DNA from: Tubiluchus corallicola
Taxonomy: Eukaryota; Animalia; Priapulida
Reading direction: 5' to 3'
NCBI GenBank assembly: GCA_030141605.1
Contig: JAQGDQ010002376.1
Coordinates: forward strand, 230,422 to 294,421
DNA length: 64,000 nt
The translations under genes and the position numbers were made by a program. Positions 35,031 through 48,340 of this stretch are shown here, piece after piece. Below the pieces are notes generated by a model that had not been told where the DNA came from, ran no database searches, and saw nothing but the letters and a program-made list of their open reading frames with translations. Numbering within the stretch: the first letter of the stretch is position 1; the number at the start of each line of letters is the position of its first letter.

Positions 35031-35059
35031 ACTTCCGAAAGTAGTACGCGTGACACAGC
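35031..35059 (+). promoter_or_regulatory. PSMD1 promoter: ETS site and ARE (Nrf1/CncC element)
   Basis: ACTTCCG (35031-35037) and GTGACACAGC (35050-35059, matching RTGACnnnGC) just upstream of the non-coding first exon. Confidence 0.55.
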
Positions 35060-35183
35060 GTAAAAGCTGCGGCGAAAATTTGAGATACATGTGGATTTTT
35101 CTTTTGTTTTTCCATATTTGTGAAAGCTTATCGTGGCTAAATTCTTGTTAGAGTGCTTTGACGAACGCTGAGTGCGAGGAAAG

Positions 35184-36092
35184 GTAAAATTAATTGCGTA
35201 GATGTTTTAATATAGAATTGCTAATAGTAAAAACTGTAAATTACTGCTGTATAATATAAGTTTGAAATTAAAATACTGTCCGTTTTCTCCTGTCGTACTT
35301 AACCCTTGTGTTCCTGGTCATCGTTAGATCTAAATTTATTTCAGATCCTTACTTCATTATTTTGGCATTTGATGGTAGATGTATGTATTACAGCTGATAG
35401 CTTCTCGCATCATATGTAATCGTAAAATGTGTTCACTGACTTCCCTTCTGTCACCCTTAAGTGTTAGTGTATCTTAAACATATTTAACGAAACACATGTA
35501 TAATACATGCATACGATGTTTTGGTTGTTTATTATGTTGCTCACATGATCAACAAAAATAAATATAACTGACAATCACACAGTTTCAAAGACCAAATTAA
35601 ATAAAACAGTATAACGTATTATTAAGCTGTGAAGCAATGCGTTTTGTTGCTGCATGTAGCTAACAAAGGCGCTTGATGAAAAACTGTAAAACTTGTTGTT
35701 TTTTTTGTAGTTCTTTTCTATTTAGTGTTGATTTTTCATTGTGTAAGCAGTTTTTCTCATTAGTTAAGTAAAGTGGGAAGTATGTGTTTGGAAGGTAGAA
35801 TGAAACCTTGAAGAAATTGAAACACATTTTTCCTATACCTAGAGTATTTAAAGATAATTGTTGTTCACAATGCCGCTTCTATACTTGAAAGAGAGTTTGT
35901 TCTTGAATTCAAAAGAACAAGTGCCATCCTTTCGAACACAAGGCTAAATAGTTTCCCACTAATATAGAAAGATTTTTATCTTAGTAACTATGTGTTTATA
36001 TCAGTCTCTTACTTCCTTTTTCAAAGTGTACATAATATGAAATATACAGACACACAGGCATTTATTATATGTAATTTTCTTGTTTTTTGTAG
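35184..36092 (+). other. 5'-UTR intron of PSMD1
   Basis: AAG|GTAAAA donor at 35184; strong polypyrimidine acceptor TTTTCTTGTTTTTTGTAG ending at 36092, 40 nt before the ATG. Confidence 0.65.
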
Positions 36093-36132
36093 GTTTGCAA
36101 ATAGAATTTTCAGCTAAGTGGACTTTGTCATC

Positions 36133-39100
36133 ATGATCACTTCTGCTGCTGGGATCATTTCATTGCTGGATGAAAAAGAGGCAGACCTGAAGCTCTATGC
36201 CCTCCAGAAGTTGAATATACTCGTTAGTGATTTCTGGGCAGAAATATCCGAAGTGATTACAAAAATAGAAGTGTTGTATGAAGATGATGCTTTTAAACAT
36301 CGAAATTTGGCTGCACTGGTTGCATCCAAAGTTTATTATCATCTCGGGTCTTTTGAAGACTCGTTAACGTACGCACTTGGAGCAGCAGCATTGTTTGATG
36401 TTAATTCATCGTCAGAGTATGTGGAAACAATTATAGCCAAATGTATTGATCACTATACAAAACTACGAGTTCAAAATGCAGAAACAAGTGAACAGGTAGA
36501 AATCGATTCACGGCTAGAGGCTGTTGTCAACAAAATGTTTCAGAGATGCTTTGATGATGGTAAATACAAACAAGCGGTAGGAATTGCCCTGGAAACTCGT
36601 CGTCTTGACGTGTTTCAGGATGCCATAAATAAATCTAACGATGTATCTGGCATGTTATCGTATGCCCTTGGAGTATGCATGACATTGATACCTAATCGCC
36701 ATTTTCGCAACACTGTCTTAAGAGTTCTGGTAGAACTGTACAGTGGTTTGAAAACTCCAGACTATATAAGTGTATGCCAATGTTTGATATTTCTTGATGA
36801 TCCGGTTTCTGTTGCAGAAATATTGACAAAACTTGTGAAGGAAACTGACAACGGGACGCTGCTTGCTTATCAAATTGCTTTTGACTTGTACGAAAGTGCT
36901 ACACAAGAATTTCTCAATCGAGTTCACCAAGCTTTGCGTGGCACTGTAGCGCTGCCTGGATCCGAAGTTGCAACTGAAGACGAGGAAATGGAGACAGATG
37001 AGAAATCCGAGGAACGCAAAGAAACAGTAGATGCTGTTGAAACTGCAGAGACAGAAGAAGATAAAGAAACAAAAAGCCGTTTAGACAAGCTTACTTCCAT
37101 TCTCACCGGAGAAATTTCGATAGGTCTTCATTTGCAGTTTTTGATACGAAATAATAAATCAGATTTGTTAATTTTGAAAAACACAAAAGATGCTGTGCGT
37201 AATTCAGTTTGTCATACAGCGACAGTAATATGCAATTCTTTTATGCATTGTGGTACAACTAGTGATACATTTCTGAGGGACAGTTTAGAGTGGCTAGCAC
37301 GAGCCACGAATTGGGCAAAATTCACTGCAACTGCAAGTTTAGGTGTCATTCACAAGGGTCATGAGAAGGAAGCATTGAGTTTAATGGCAACTTACCTGCC
37401 TAAAGAAACTGGCCCTGGTAGTGCTTATTCTGAAGGGGGTGGATTATATGCACTAGGATTGATTCATGCTAATCATGGAGGTAAAATGATAGACTATTTA
37501 TTAACTCAACTAAAAGAAGCTACAACTGACATGGTTCGCCATGGTGCATGTCTGGGTTTGGGCCTTGCTGCAATGGGCACGGCACGCCAAGATGTCTATG
37601 ATCAGCTGAAGATGAATTTATTGCAAGACGATGCTGTGACTGGTGAGGCCGCTGGGCTAGCTATGGGTATCGTTATGCTTGGCTCAAGGTCACCAACAGC
37701 CATCGAGGACATGGTTTCTTATGCACAAGAAACGCAGCATGAGAAAATTATTCGTGGATTAGCAATTGGAATAGCTTTAGTGATGTACGGGCGTTTAGAA
37801 GAAGCAGATGCTCTTATTGAAAGTCTATCGTTAGATAAAGACCCTATTTTAAGGCGATCAGCCATGTATACAGTAGCCATGGCATACTGTGGAACTGGGA
37901 ATAACAGTGCTATACGAAGATTACTGCATGTCGCGGTTAGTGATGTAAATGATGATGTTCGACGAGCAGCTGTGGAATCTTTAGGATTTTTACTATTTAG
38001 GACTCCAGAACAAGTACCCAATGTAGTCTCTTTGTTGTCAGAATCATACAATCCACATGTAAGATATGGGGCTGCCATAGCATTAGGAATATCTTGTGCA
38101 GGAACAGGCCAGAAAGATGCTATTGCTTTGCTAGAACCCATGGCAAACGATACAGTAAACTACGTTCGACAAGGGGTGCTTATTGCTTCGGCCTTGATTT
38201 TGATCCAGCAGAATGAGGTTACCTGTCCAAAAGTGACATACTTCAGACAACTTTACACCAAAGTCATTAATGATAAACATGATGACGTCATGGCTAAATT
38301 TGGTGCTATATTAGCACAGGGCATACTTGATGCTGGTGGGCGAAATACTACCATTTCTTTACAGTCAAGAACTGGCCACACACACATGACATCTGTTGTG
38401 GGCATGTTAGTGTTCTTGCAGTTCTGGTTTTGGTTTCCTCTTGCACATTTTCTGGCTCTAGCATTTACGCCCACTTGTCTCATTGGTTTGAATGCAAACA
38501 TGGCCATGCCAAAGATTGAGTTCAAATCTGGTGCAAAGCCGTCGACGTATGCTTATCCACCACCTCTAGAAGAAAAGAAAGAAAAAGAGAAGGAGAAAGT
38601 TTCAACAGCAATACTTAGTATTACTGCAAAAGCCAAAAAGAAAGAATTAGAAAGAGAGCGTCATCGCAGCCAAGATAAAATGGAAGTAGATGAACCAAAA
38701 AAAGATGAAGTAGAGAAGGATTCAAAAGAGAAAGATTCAAAACAAAAGGATGCAAAAGAAAAGAAGGGTGCTAAAGCAGAGAGCAAGACCAAGTCGTCCA
38801 GCAAAGAAGCTGCCAACAAAGAAGCCATGACAAGCAAGGAAAGCACAAGTAAGGAGGAAGAAGTAGAAAAACTAGAAGAGAAAAAAGAACCGGAACCCAA
38901 TTTTGAAATGTTGTCAAATCCGGCTCGTGTCATGCGGGCACAGTTGAAAGTAATTAGCATGCCTGAAGGTACAAGGTACAGACCACTGAAACCGGTCTCT
39001 ACCGGAGGAGTGATTATGTTGCGCAATCTAAAAACCGAAGTACCAGAGGAAATTATAGAGGAAGTTGTTGCACATGGACCTAAAGTGGAGCAGGAAGAAG

Positions 39101-39144
39101 CTGAACCAGAACCACCCGAACCTTTTGAATATGACGAGGATTGA
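36133..39144 (+). CDS. PSMD1: 26S proteasome non-ATPase regulatory subunit 1 (Rpn2), single coding exon, 1003 aa
   Basis: Starts [14 protein letters not shown] (true ATG 36133, not the GTG at 36118). PC repeats ([38 protein letters not shown]); C-terminal [10 protein letters not shown] Rpn13-binding tail; uninterrupted ORF. Confidence 0.97.
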   Translation: MITSAAGIISLLDEKEADLKLYALQKLNILVSDFWAEISEVITKIEVLYEDDAFKHRNLAALVASKVYYHLGSFEDSLTYALGAAALFDVNSSSEYVETIIAKCIDHYTKLRVQNAETSEQVEIDSRLEAVVNKMFQRCFDDGKYKQAVGIALETRRLDVFQDAINKSNDVSGMLSYALGVCMTLIPNRHFRNTVLRVLVELYSGLKTPDYISVCQCLIFLDDPVSVAEILTKLVKETDNGTLLAYQIAFDLYESATQEFLNRVHQALRGTVALPGSEVATEDEEMETDEKSEERKETVDAVETAETEEDKETKSRLDKLTSILTGEISIGLHLQFLIRNNKSDLLILKNTKDAVRNSVCHTATVICNSFMHCGTTSDTFLRDSLEWLARATNWAKFTATASLGVIHKGHEKEALSLMATYLPKETGPGSAYSEGGGLYALGLIHANHGGKMIDYLLTQLKEATTDMVRHGACLGLGLAAMGTARQDVYDQLKMNLLQDDAVTGEAAGLAMGIVMLGSRSPTAIEDMVSYAQETQHEKIIRGLAIGIALVMYGRLEEADALIESLSLDKDPILRRSAMYTVAMAYCGTGNNSAIRRLLHVAVSDVNDDVRRAAVESLGFLLFRTPEQVPNVVSLLSESYNPHVRYGAAIALGISCAGTGQKDAIALLEPMANDTVNYVRQGVLIASALILIQQNEVTCPKVTYFRQLYTKVINDKHDDVMAKFGAILAQGILDAGGRNTTISLQSRTGHTHMTSVVGMLVFLQFWFWFPLAHFLALAFTPTCLIGLNANMAMPKIEFKSGAKPSTYAYPPPLEEKKEKEKEKVSTAILSITAKAKKKELERERHRSQDKMEVDEPKKDEVEKDSKEKDSKQKDAKEKKGAKAESKTKSSSKEAANKEAMTSKESTSKEEEVEKLEEKKEPEPNFEMLSNPARVMRAQLKVISMPEGTRYRPLKPVSTGGVIMLRNLKTEVPEEIIEEVVAHGPKVEQEEAEPEPPEPFEYDED

Positions 39145-41334
39145 TATGTATGTTTTGCAAGTTCTAGGGTAGTAACCCAATGTGAAAGCTGTTTCTCCAT
39201 TAACTTAGCCCATTTTTTAAATTTTGTCTCTAATTTATATTGCTTGCTGTTTTTTTTCTCAAATTTATGCCTTAAGGTCAAAAATTGCATTGTTATCAAA
39301 TAAGAATCTTTTGTGTATAAAGCTAATTGCAAACATTTTTCGCTTTTCATTTCTGATTCTAGGCGTACTTTTTTGAACATCATTAGTTTTTTAGAGACTT
39401 GCAACTAATGCAAGGTTTAACCCATAAGACACATTGTTTACAGCTTATTGCATAGAAAAAGCATTTATATCCCAATCTGCATATTTCGAAAAATGTAAGA
39501 TAAAAACATGAATGCGCAAATTATTAATCTTTACAGTGCAAGTGCCATGATTAACAGGAAAAATCAAATCTGTTTCTAATTTCTTATATCCCTTAGTGGC
39601 ATTTATGCAGGATGTGACATCACACGGAGAAAGGCTAGTGACCTATCAAACTTTATGAGCCCACAATCAGTTAACCTTTTCGCAATTTTATCGTGTACAT
39701 GCGCAGCTGCTGTACCTACTAAAACTACTTAATTTACTTTGTGTGGACTACTTAATTTTTTGTTAGTCTGATCTACTAACAGCAACTACTATTAATTTAC
39801 TAGCAGGATCTTGCTTGGAAACAAACAAAGAAAAAACAAACTAAGGTTAACTGTTAAAATTGTTACCTCTTCACGAATCCTTAGAGCTGCGAAAAAGTAT
39901 AAACGTACAAAGTATAATTTTTACGTCTGCAGGTATAATGCAAGGAATTAGTGGAATGGGTAGTAAGAGTGAAAAGTGATTTAAAAGAATCAATGCACAC
40001 TTTTTTCAATAACAAGACTTTATTTACATAAAAATAAGCAAAGTATCAAAGTGAAAATAAAACAAACACACACATCAACAAAATTATACAGAAAGTTTTA
40101 GCATAAACTAAAGAATTATCACTTACGTAATAATTTTGGCCACTTGCCAACTTCAACAACTAAACTAAAACAAAAAAAATATCACACAAGCAAAACAGCT
40201 TTATCCTCAGTGCCATATTTTCAAATTTGTCATCGGGGGAGGGGGTTATGCACTGCTCTAATGCTACATTGAAGATGTTTATTTTAAAGTTGCCAAATAA
40301 AACTGAAAATACTAAGTAAATATGCCAAAGTGATCTTTCGGGAATTACTCGTTTGTTTAAGAGCATAAACGAATAAGTAAAAATTAAACTAAAAAACGTG
40401 ACGAAATAAGTTGCCAAGGCCTACACAAAATCTAGAAGCCACTATATACATGAACATTTGTACAACAGGATTGGTGCAAAAACTTACCACTGGATATTTA
40501 TGCGCATGATCTGACATGACTGTAACCATCATGCCTCTAGCTATTAGACATTAATGGAGATTATCATCAATTACTGAATCAAGTGACTATCTCTCCTAAA
40601 AAGTTAAGAGTCAGGGACATTTGTCCCTCGACCAAAGAAAACTGTTAGCTCACTTATATTTTCTGATGTCATCTACCATGCCACCATCTATATTTCATTA
40701 GCAATACTGTAAAATGATAATCAATATGGGGCTTTTCAGTTTCCTAACGCGAACATTATAGCCATTTGCTTCTCGATGTCGCACTATACGAGTGAAAGAC
40801 GATCGAACACAGTAGACTATCCATTAAGAAAGACTAGGAGACGTGCACACAGTACAACTCCATTGGTTACGTTATACTCCACATCACTTTGATTCCCAGA
40901 TATTTTTAGAGAAAAGCACAAATTGCAAGATTGTGGCACAAGAACAGCTAAAATAATAATGACAGACTCACAATTACACAGTTAAAGAAAATGCTAATAA
41001 AATTTTAAGAGAGCATGTCACTACATACTTTAAGAGCAAAGTTGGGTTGATACATCAGCTGTAAGACTTTGATAAAGATGATAAGAAGCACATTTTTTGC
41101 AAAAGCCTGAGGTAAAGGATCACTACAAACTTAGTACTTGTGCCACAGTAATGCAAGAAAATTCCTAAAGTTCGATTATTTGAAAACGTTAATGCAATTA
41201 TGCTTAGGCTTAGTCGGAGTTCATTAATACTGTTCGGACTCTCTACGCCAATCATTGCACTCTTCTCGCAAATTACACAAGTGGAAATCTTGGTCCCGTA
41301 CGTGTGACAATTTTCTATGATGACTCGAGTACAC

Positions 41335-44300
41335 TTATTTAACATCAGCATCAAAATCTTGCACTAATAACTTTGTTTCTTCTGTACCATTTCTTGACCC
41401 AACAGCACAGACTAATTTCGTTTGACTTGCTCTGAAACAAAAATAAGTTGCTATCAACTAACGTCAAACAAAATAATAGTCCTGTTTCTAGTACAGCTAT
41501 AACGATACAATACTTATGATACATCTGAGTTAACATTTGCAGCCTTTATAAAAGATTAGATGAAGTTGTTGACAATGAAGGTTAAAATAATTCAATTAAC
41601 TGCTTGATTTTTATTCATTACTTGTGTAATGAGTAAGCTATTGTTTGCATAGAAAGCCAAGAAAACGTAAAACATGTCAATACTTTGAGTTTAAAAGGTG
41701 TTTGTGCATTTTCTGGCTCACGTTTGCCATTTCACAAGCTTATACGCAACAATGTAATTAGCCTACTACTGCTTTGGCTGCTAGCAATGCTTGTGTCAAG
41801 CCAACAACTTTTCAATGTACTCATTGATACGTTCTACAGCTACAGCTTCAATTACTTCACGTCAACTTTTATTAGCATACGATTGCCATGTTACGAGTGC
41901 ACTTCAAGATTCAACTTTAACTAAAACATTAGCTTTTTGAATGTGCCTAATATTAGCAATAAGGAGTCGGAAACATATTGTCTTGTCTAGACAGGCTGTG
42001 TTGTCTTGGCTAACAAACAAGAACTGATAACACAGTAAAAGTTTACTATCACCTAGTATTTTATTATGTTTACATAATTGAACTACATTAAAGTCGTGTT
42101 CAAAGTGCTTACTTATTAATTCTATAGCCACTACACTCCTATTTAGGGTTCAAACAATGTTTGTCATTTTTTATACTACTCTGTACTATTTCAATTCATG
42201 TTTAAAACTATATTTTTTGCAATGAATTATTGTCATTTCCAGGAATAAAAAATCTCATACAAGACCATATATTAAAAGTATAATTGCTATTATCAACTTG
42301 TTCTGCATATATCGCATCACACATATTTTGGGAGTCAATCTTAGTATGTTGTTTTTGTAATTTTCAGTTAGCTTACCTTATCCTCCACACAACACCACCA
42401 CTGCCACCACTATCTAAAGACACCAGATTTCGCAGGAATTCACCAGTCTTCAAATCCCACAGTTTTACGGTACCATCATCAGAAGACGTGATAACAAACT
42501 TGCTATTAAACTGCAAACAAGTGACCGCACTCTGATGTTTGTTGGGGCCTGAAAAGTGTTTACACATCTTGAATGTTATATTATCAATCAAGCAAGTGTG
42601 ACAGTCACAAAAGAATGTAGAATATAACTTGCCCCAGATAGAGGAAGATTAAGCAGATTGCTATCTAGGCTAACTATGTGCCTAAGTCAAACAAAAAATA
42701 CTGAGATTGTTTAATACAGAATATAAAAAGAAAAACATAACATGAACTTTTTGATAGAAAGAACACAGAATTATTAAATTCATAATTCAAATATCATCTG
42801 CGATTCGAGTCTAGACTCCAGAATCACTGCCAATTTCTTTAGATATATTACTCAAGTTTGGTATTAAAAATTCAATGAATTTCAGCTTGCCCCACCTTTA
42901 ACTGGCAAACTACAGTAGCTGAACATAGTAGTAAATAGTGGTAAAGTACTACAGTAGCAAGTAGTAATAGCAGCAGCACCAGTAGAAACCAGTAGTAGAA
43001 CACATTAAGGTAAGAGACCTAGTTTACCTGTTAATGTTTGCAAGCATTGCCCTGTCACGATGTCCCACACTTTGACTGTCGAATCAGCATTCCCCGACAC
43101 AAGTATGTTGTCCTTGAGCTCCATGCCACTAGTTAACGACTGATGTCCCATCAGCGTGTGTAAACAGTTACCCGTTTCAATGTCCCAAACACGTATCGAT
43201 GTATCCAGTGAACCGCTGACTACGTGAATGCCATCAAACTAAAATGTAAACATCAATCAATGATGTGAGAGACAAGAATAATTTACATAAACATTAAAAT
43301 ACGATACCAGTAGTACTAACAGATGCCATGTACTGTACTCCTATTCTTGTAATGGATGCATTCGTGTGCAGTGAAAACAAAGCGAAGAATTAGTTAACAA
43401 AGTACTTTTAAAATTACACTGATATAATAAAGATAATAACTGCAACTACCTAAATTTCCCAGGATTTCAATGTTATGTGATGAGAGAAAGTGGTACTGAG
43501 TGGGAGATTTTGTTTTTGTGTTTTGACCATTTACAACAGATGAAATACACCATTGCAGACTCCTGTTTCTGGCAAGATGCGACTTGACAACATATAAATT
43601 GTTAACAGTTAAAAGTACATAGTTACATAAAATTAATTTTTTACATGAAATTCATTTTTTTTCAAATTATGAAGTTAAAGTCAATGGCTCTTAATTTGTA
43701 ATTTATTTTGTTATATTAGCTGTAAAAGACATTTGCTTACTCGATTCTTGCTACTATTACGATCGATTTTTTAAAAATGCCATACCTGTAAGGAATAGAC
43801 ACGATTCGTATGTCCGGTCAACGTGTGTAGGCACTCTTCCGAATCCGGATTCCAAACTTTAACAGTGTAATCATACGCCCCACTAACAACCCTCTTGCCA
43901 TCATACTGGACGCATCGGACAGCAGCAACGTGACCCATCAGCACGTGCAAACACTCACCACTGTCAACGTCCCAGACTCTAAGTGTTGCATCCCGTGATC
44001 CACTCACTACTCTGAAATGCAGAAAGATATAACATATTGAATGCATTTGGAAAATGATAATATAATGCCATACACACTGAAAAGCAATAAAAATCTGAAC
44101 ACCTGCTTTCTCTAGATCTAGAATCTGGGTTACTGAACATTAAATTAACATAATAGTCAAACCTCTTTACACCGCCTACTTTGAGAATGCAAAAACGTTA
44201 TAGCGAGTCTGGCATTATAACAAGGTGCATTCATGCATACGTATTTATGCAAATACGGATATTTTGTTTTACTAAAATTTGGGTCCTGAGGGAGGTTGGC

Positions 44301-47300
44301 ATTACAAAAGGAGCGTTACTCCTTTTGTAATGCCAAACGAGGTTTGACTGTAAAAGTCACTGGGTAGATTAAAAGTACATTAAAAACTGAAAAAAGCTTA
44401 CTTATTCCCATGTAGATGCATGCATCGTACAGTTGACGTGTGCCCGTACAGAGTGTGCGTACACTGTCCAGTGTCGGCATTCCAAACCTTTAGTGTGCGG
44501 TCAGTTGAACCACTGATTATAATGTTACCCGACATCTGTGATGACCAAACACCGCCAGTGTGACCAACAAGTGTGCGTAAACACTAGAAAAAGTTGGATG
44601 TTGTATTATGTTGTTACAACTATTAAATTAAAACAGGCTTTCCTAATTTGTTACACAAAAGTTTTTGAACTTTGCTTCATAGGTCTGTATGTACAACGGA
44701 CACAATGAAACTGTAGGCAAAAGTGTGACTTAGCATTTTGTTTGTTATTCTATACATTGTTGTATGTTTACATTTGTATTGATGGAACATTTATGAAACA
44801 ATAAATAAGATATGTGTCCAAAGAAACTTCGCTTACCTTTCCGGTGGTTGCTGACCACACCTTGAGCGTGTTGTCATCCGATCCGCTGACAACCCGGTTA
44901 CCTGAGAACTGCAGACAGGTGATAACATGATCATCGTGTCCCTTCAACACCTAGAAAAGCACAAATATTTTTCCAATATTAAATAAAAAAATCTTTAGTT
45001 TTGCTTACCAAAACATATGGGCAGGATAGAAACTGAAATGTAGAATATCGTAATAGAATAAACTGACAACTCAAGGTTTTTTTGTAAGGCAAACATAACC
45101 GAAACTGAGCCCTAATTTAAACCTGGACTTTTGGATTCTAAATCCAATGCCAAGATAAGAAATTGAAATAGCCAGAACTAACTTTAGACTACAAGTCCAA
45201 TATCAGCTAGGTTCGTTCTCAGCTTTTCACATTTTTTTATTTGAACAAGTCTGGTTAAAAAAATCTCAACTAATAGCTCATACCATTATTAAGTGACAAT
45301 GTTATAAAAATTTAAAGATTATAAATAACAGCGCACGTTCTTAACTTATACCTTGGGCGTGCGAATTTGACCGACTCGCCAATTCATTTCAATCTGATGC
45401 TGTCGCATGTAAGCACTTTTCCAAGGACTTCGATGAGTGCCAGAGACTAATCTTCGTTTCCTAGATAAAAACAAAGCAAGGAAATCTGTAAAAAAAAACG
45501 ACCTGAGACAAATGAAATATTTGCGACAGAATTTCTTCATCAAGATGGATATAAAAATCAAGACTTAGACAACTTAATTCTCCGCACCAATTTAAAAGCT
45601 TAAAGGAAGTATTATCTATCAACATAAAAACTGGAACAATAAATGAAAGATGAAAATAAAACAGCAAAATACTTTTGAAATTTTATGCACACAATTGATA
45701 AGAACATCTCATAGTTCTAAGAGTTTCAGGACAAAATCGCATTCTAAAAATATCTCTGTCGTTGGGTATACACTTTTGTTTGCTCTACTAAAGAGTCCCA
45801 TGAAGCAGGTATGCTCTACTTAGAATAGTTTAAATGGTTTCAGGTGTTTGAGCTAATACAGTAGAAAATGACAACCCCATTATTAGCAGTTTCATTTACG
45901 GAAAGGGGTGACAAGAGATTACTAACACAAGTGTAATGTTCAGTGGATGCACGTGCATGTAATATGTAAGTTTTACTGTAATATGTAATATGCAAGTATA
46001 ACAGGCTATGCCATCACAAACACCGTGACAAAACAAGATTCTAATGTATATGAAATTCAAGAAACTAGGCGCAAGGCAAAAATTTTGCCACAAGCGCAAT
46101 GTAAAAGTGAATGATTGGAAGTCAATCGAGTTTGACTGAAACCATGCTGTCACTAGCTTATTTTTAATAGCAAACATTCTTAATCATGTTTCTATGCTTC
46201 ATTCGTATAAGAACAAAAAGCCAATGTCGTGCTCTGTATAAAACTGCATACATACTTGTTAAACACGACTGCCTCGTCTATTCCAGCTTCTCGGCACTTC
46301 TCTCGCCAAAGTAGATTATCCTCGGCTAACACACGCCAATAACGACATGTCTGAGCCGCATGTAAAAGTGACCGAGGCTCCAAAAACGACAACACGTACA
46401 GGGCAAGCTAAAAAGGTCAACATTATGTTATGCATTAATTTCACTCTGTATCATTATCTATTAACTATTACTGATCTATTAATTATTACTGACTGTAAGC
46501 AGTTAGTTTTTCAACAGCAAACACAACTTATCTAAGCATAATAGTCTTATAATTTTCCAAAGTTCAAAAAAATTTAAGCAATTTTGGAAAAATGGCCCGC
46601 AGGCATTAAATTTTATATGAAAATGAATGAATGAATGTCTCTGTCGTGAGTGTAAAACTTAAATGAGCCATGGTCAATAAATTGCGACAGCAAATTGCAG
46701 ACTATTTTTCTAAAACGAACCAGAAAGTTTACAAAAAAGCTAAAACAAAAGAATATTTACACGGTTTTCCTCTCTCGTTCAAATGACTAATTATGATGCA
46801 TTAGGTGAAATTGCAATGCACAAATGCTGGTCATTTCCAAGTTTTTTTTAAATATTAGGAGTACACAATAATTAACATTAGCAACTACAAATAGTGCATG
46901 AAAAACTATTAGCTTAGAGCAGTGGTTCTTAACCTGGATTCGATCGAACCCTAGGGGTTCGGTGAGTCGATCTCAGGGGTTCAGCAGAGTGGCCAAGGTG
47001 AAGCCATGCATATCTGAACTGGTCTCTCAAAGGCAACAGCAGAAGTCACACTGATTTGCAGGTATGTAATTTGTTGTGAGTTTATGCATTGTGTTGGTTT
47101 TGTTCTTTGAATAAGGTGATGTTCATGCACGGCTCATTTTGTGTACCAGTAAAAAACATATCTATGTCTTGAATTTGAAAAAAATCATATTTTATTTTTC
47201 ACTAAAGAAGGGTTCGGTGAATGCGCATATGAAACTGGTGGGGTTCGGTACCTCCAACAAGGTTAAGAACCACTGGCTTAGAGGCATACCAACTCCTGTT

Positions 47301-48340
47301 AGTTCAACAGCAATTCAACTAGATGGCAGAATCAGTGCTCTAAACTTTGGTGTTGACCATAAAATGTGCATAAAATGGCAACAGAACTGACAAGTAAGAG
47401 GAAGCATTATAAGCTAGTGCTCTTACAAATTACCATTTCTGACGCAGCAAAAATTTGTATCAAAACTCAAATTATGTGAATATTAGAATTACTTGTTAAC
47501 CTAAGAAATATGTTAACATGAGAAATGAAAAACAGTTAATTACCTCTTTTGGCAATAAGCTGATAAAATCCCTCTGAAATTGTGGCTCAATAACAGTCAT
47601 GATATGTCGTACCTGTGTTGGCTCACATAATTCTATTAGTTGATCTAACGCTAGCAAGCGCTCAGCATTACTCCATGACTAAAAGTAAATACAAAAAATA
47701 TTTAGCTCTTACAATAAAGAAATCATCACCTTCGTAAAAGAATCAAGAGACTACATTTTTTCAGATTCAGATGACCACAAGCTTTCTCAAACATACAACT
47801 TTATCTACACACAACGATTAACTATGAGCAATTTTTTTCCATTTCTAAATTTGCGATCAGTATGAATCTCAAAGTAAACTGACCTGAAATACTTTTAGCC
47901 ACTCGTTCATCTCCACTGGTGGATTAGATTTGGACGGGATGCGTCGTCGTGGCGTTAATGAGGCAGATGTAGCGCCTGTTGGTAAACCAAAAGCCTGATG
48001 ACGGTCTGCCATCACTCCCTCTTGTGGTGGGTAATGATAACTAGCTGACCTGAAATTTTCGTTTAAAAACGCAGTAATATTGCTGAATTTAAACTGGCAC
48101 TTAGCGGACTCCTACTTTTCTTTAAAATGAAAGGTAGCAATTTTGCTATAAAAATACGTATAAGATACGACTGTACCACACTTACTGGGAATAGAACGGT
48201 GGTAGGCTATCGCTAAATTGGCACATTTTTCTGGTGGAAGAAGAATTCGGTGTTCCAGTTGGGGAATCGCCCGACTTGCGCTTGATCTTGGCAGCACAGT
48301 TCTCTGTGGTAGGCTCATCACGTTCTGACTTTCTTTTTGA
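41335..48340 (-). CDS. FBXW7: F-box/WD repeat-containing protein 7, common exons (dimerisation domain, F-box, WD40)
   Basis: Phase-consistent exons 48340-48186, 48049-47884, 47678-47544, 46407-46256, 45460-45352, 44950-44837, 44583-44402, 44011-43786, 43238-43028, 42548-42377, 41431-41335 (TAA). Motifs [20 protein letters not shown] and [12 protein letters not shown]; phosphodegron-binding arginines intact ([24 protein letters not shown]); ends [21 protein letters not shown]. Confidence 0.97.
46920..47275 (+). mobile_element. Non-autonomous hAT (Buster/Charlie-type) element, 356 bp, in an FBXW7 intron
   Basis: Perfect 16-bp TIRs CAGTGGTTCTTAACCT / AGGTTAAGAACCACTG; perfect 8-bp TSD GCTTAGAG (46912-46919, 47276-47283); retains a transposase-like C-terminal remnant ...[14 protein letters not shown]. 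Confidence 0.92.

Noticed and set aside
36118-36132. ORF-track start of PSMD1 at GTG (MDFVI...)
   Set aside because: The ORF finder allowed a non-ATG start; the conserved N-terminus MITSAAG begins at ATG 36133.
38661-39404. 247-aa minus-strand ORF and other antisense ORFs over PSMD1
   Set aside because: Shadows of the low-complexity, A-rich sense CDS; Ser/Phe-rich with no domain or independent gene signals.
45095-45152. tRNA-like or SINE-head-like stretch (similar one at ~31640-31710)
   Set aside because: Box B is degenerate and no cloverleaf can be formed; not supportable as a tRNA and only weakly as a SINE relic.
48112-48321. 69-aa [12 protein letters not shown]...
   Set aside because: Wrong frame of the real FBXW7 exon 48340-48186 ([10 protein letters not shown]...).
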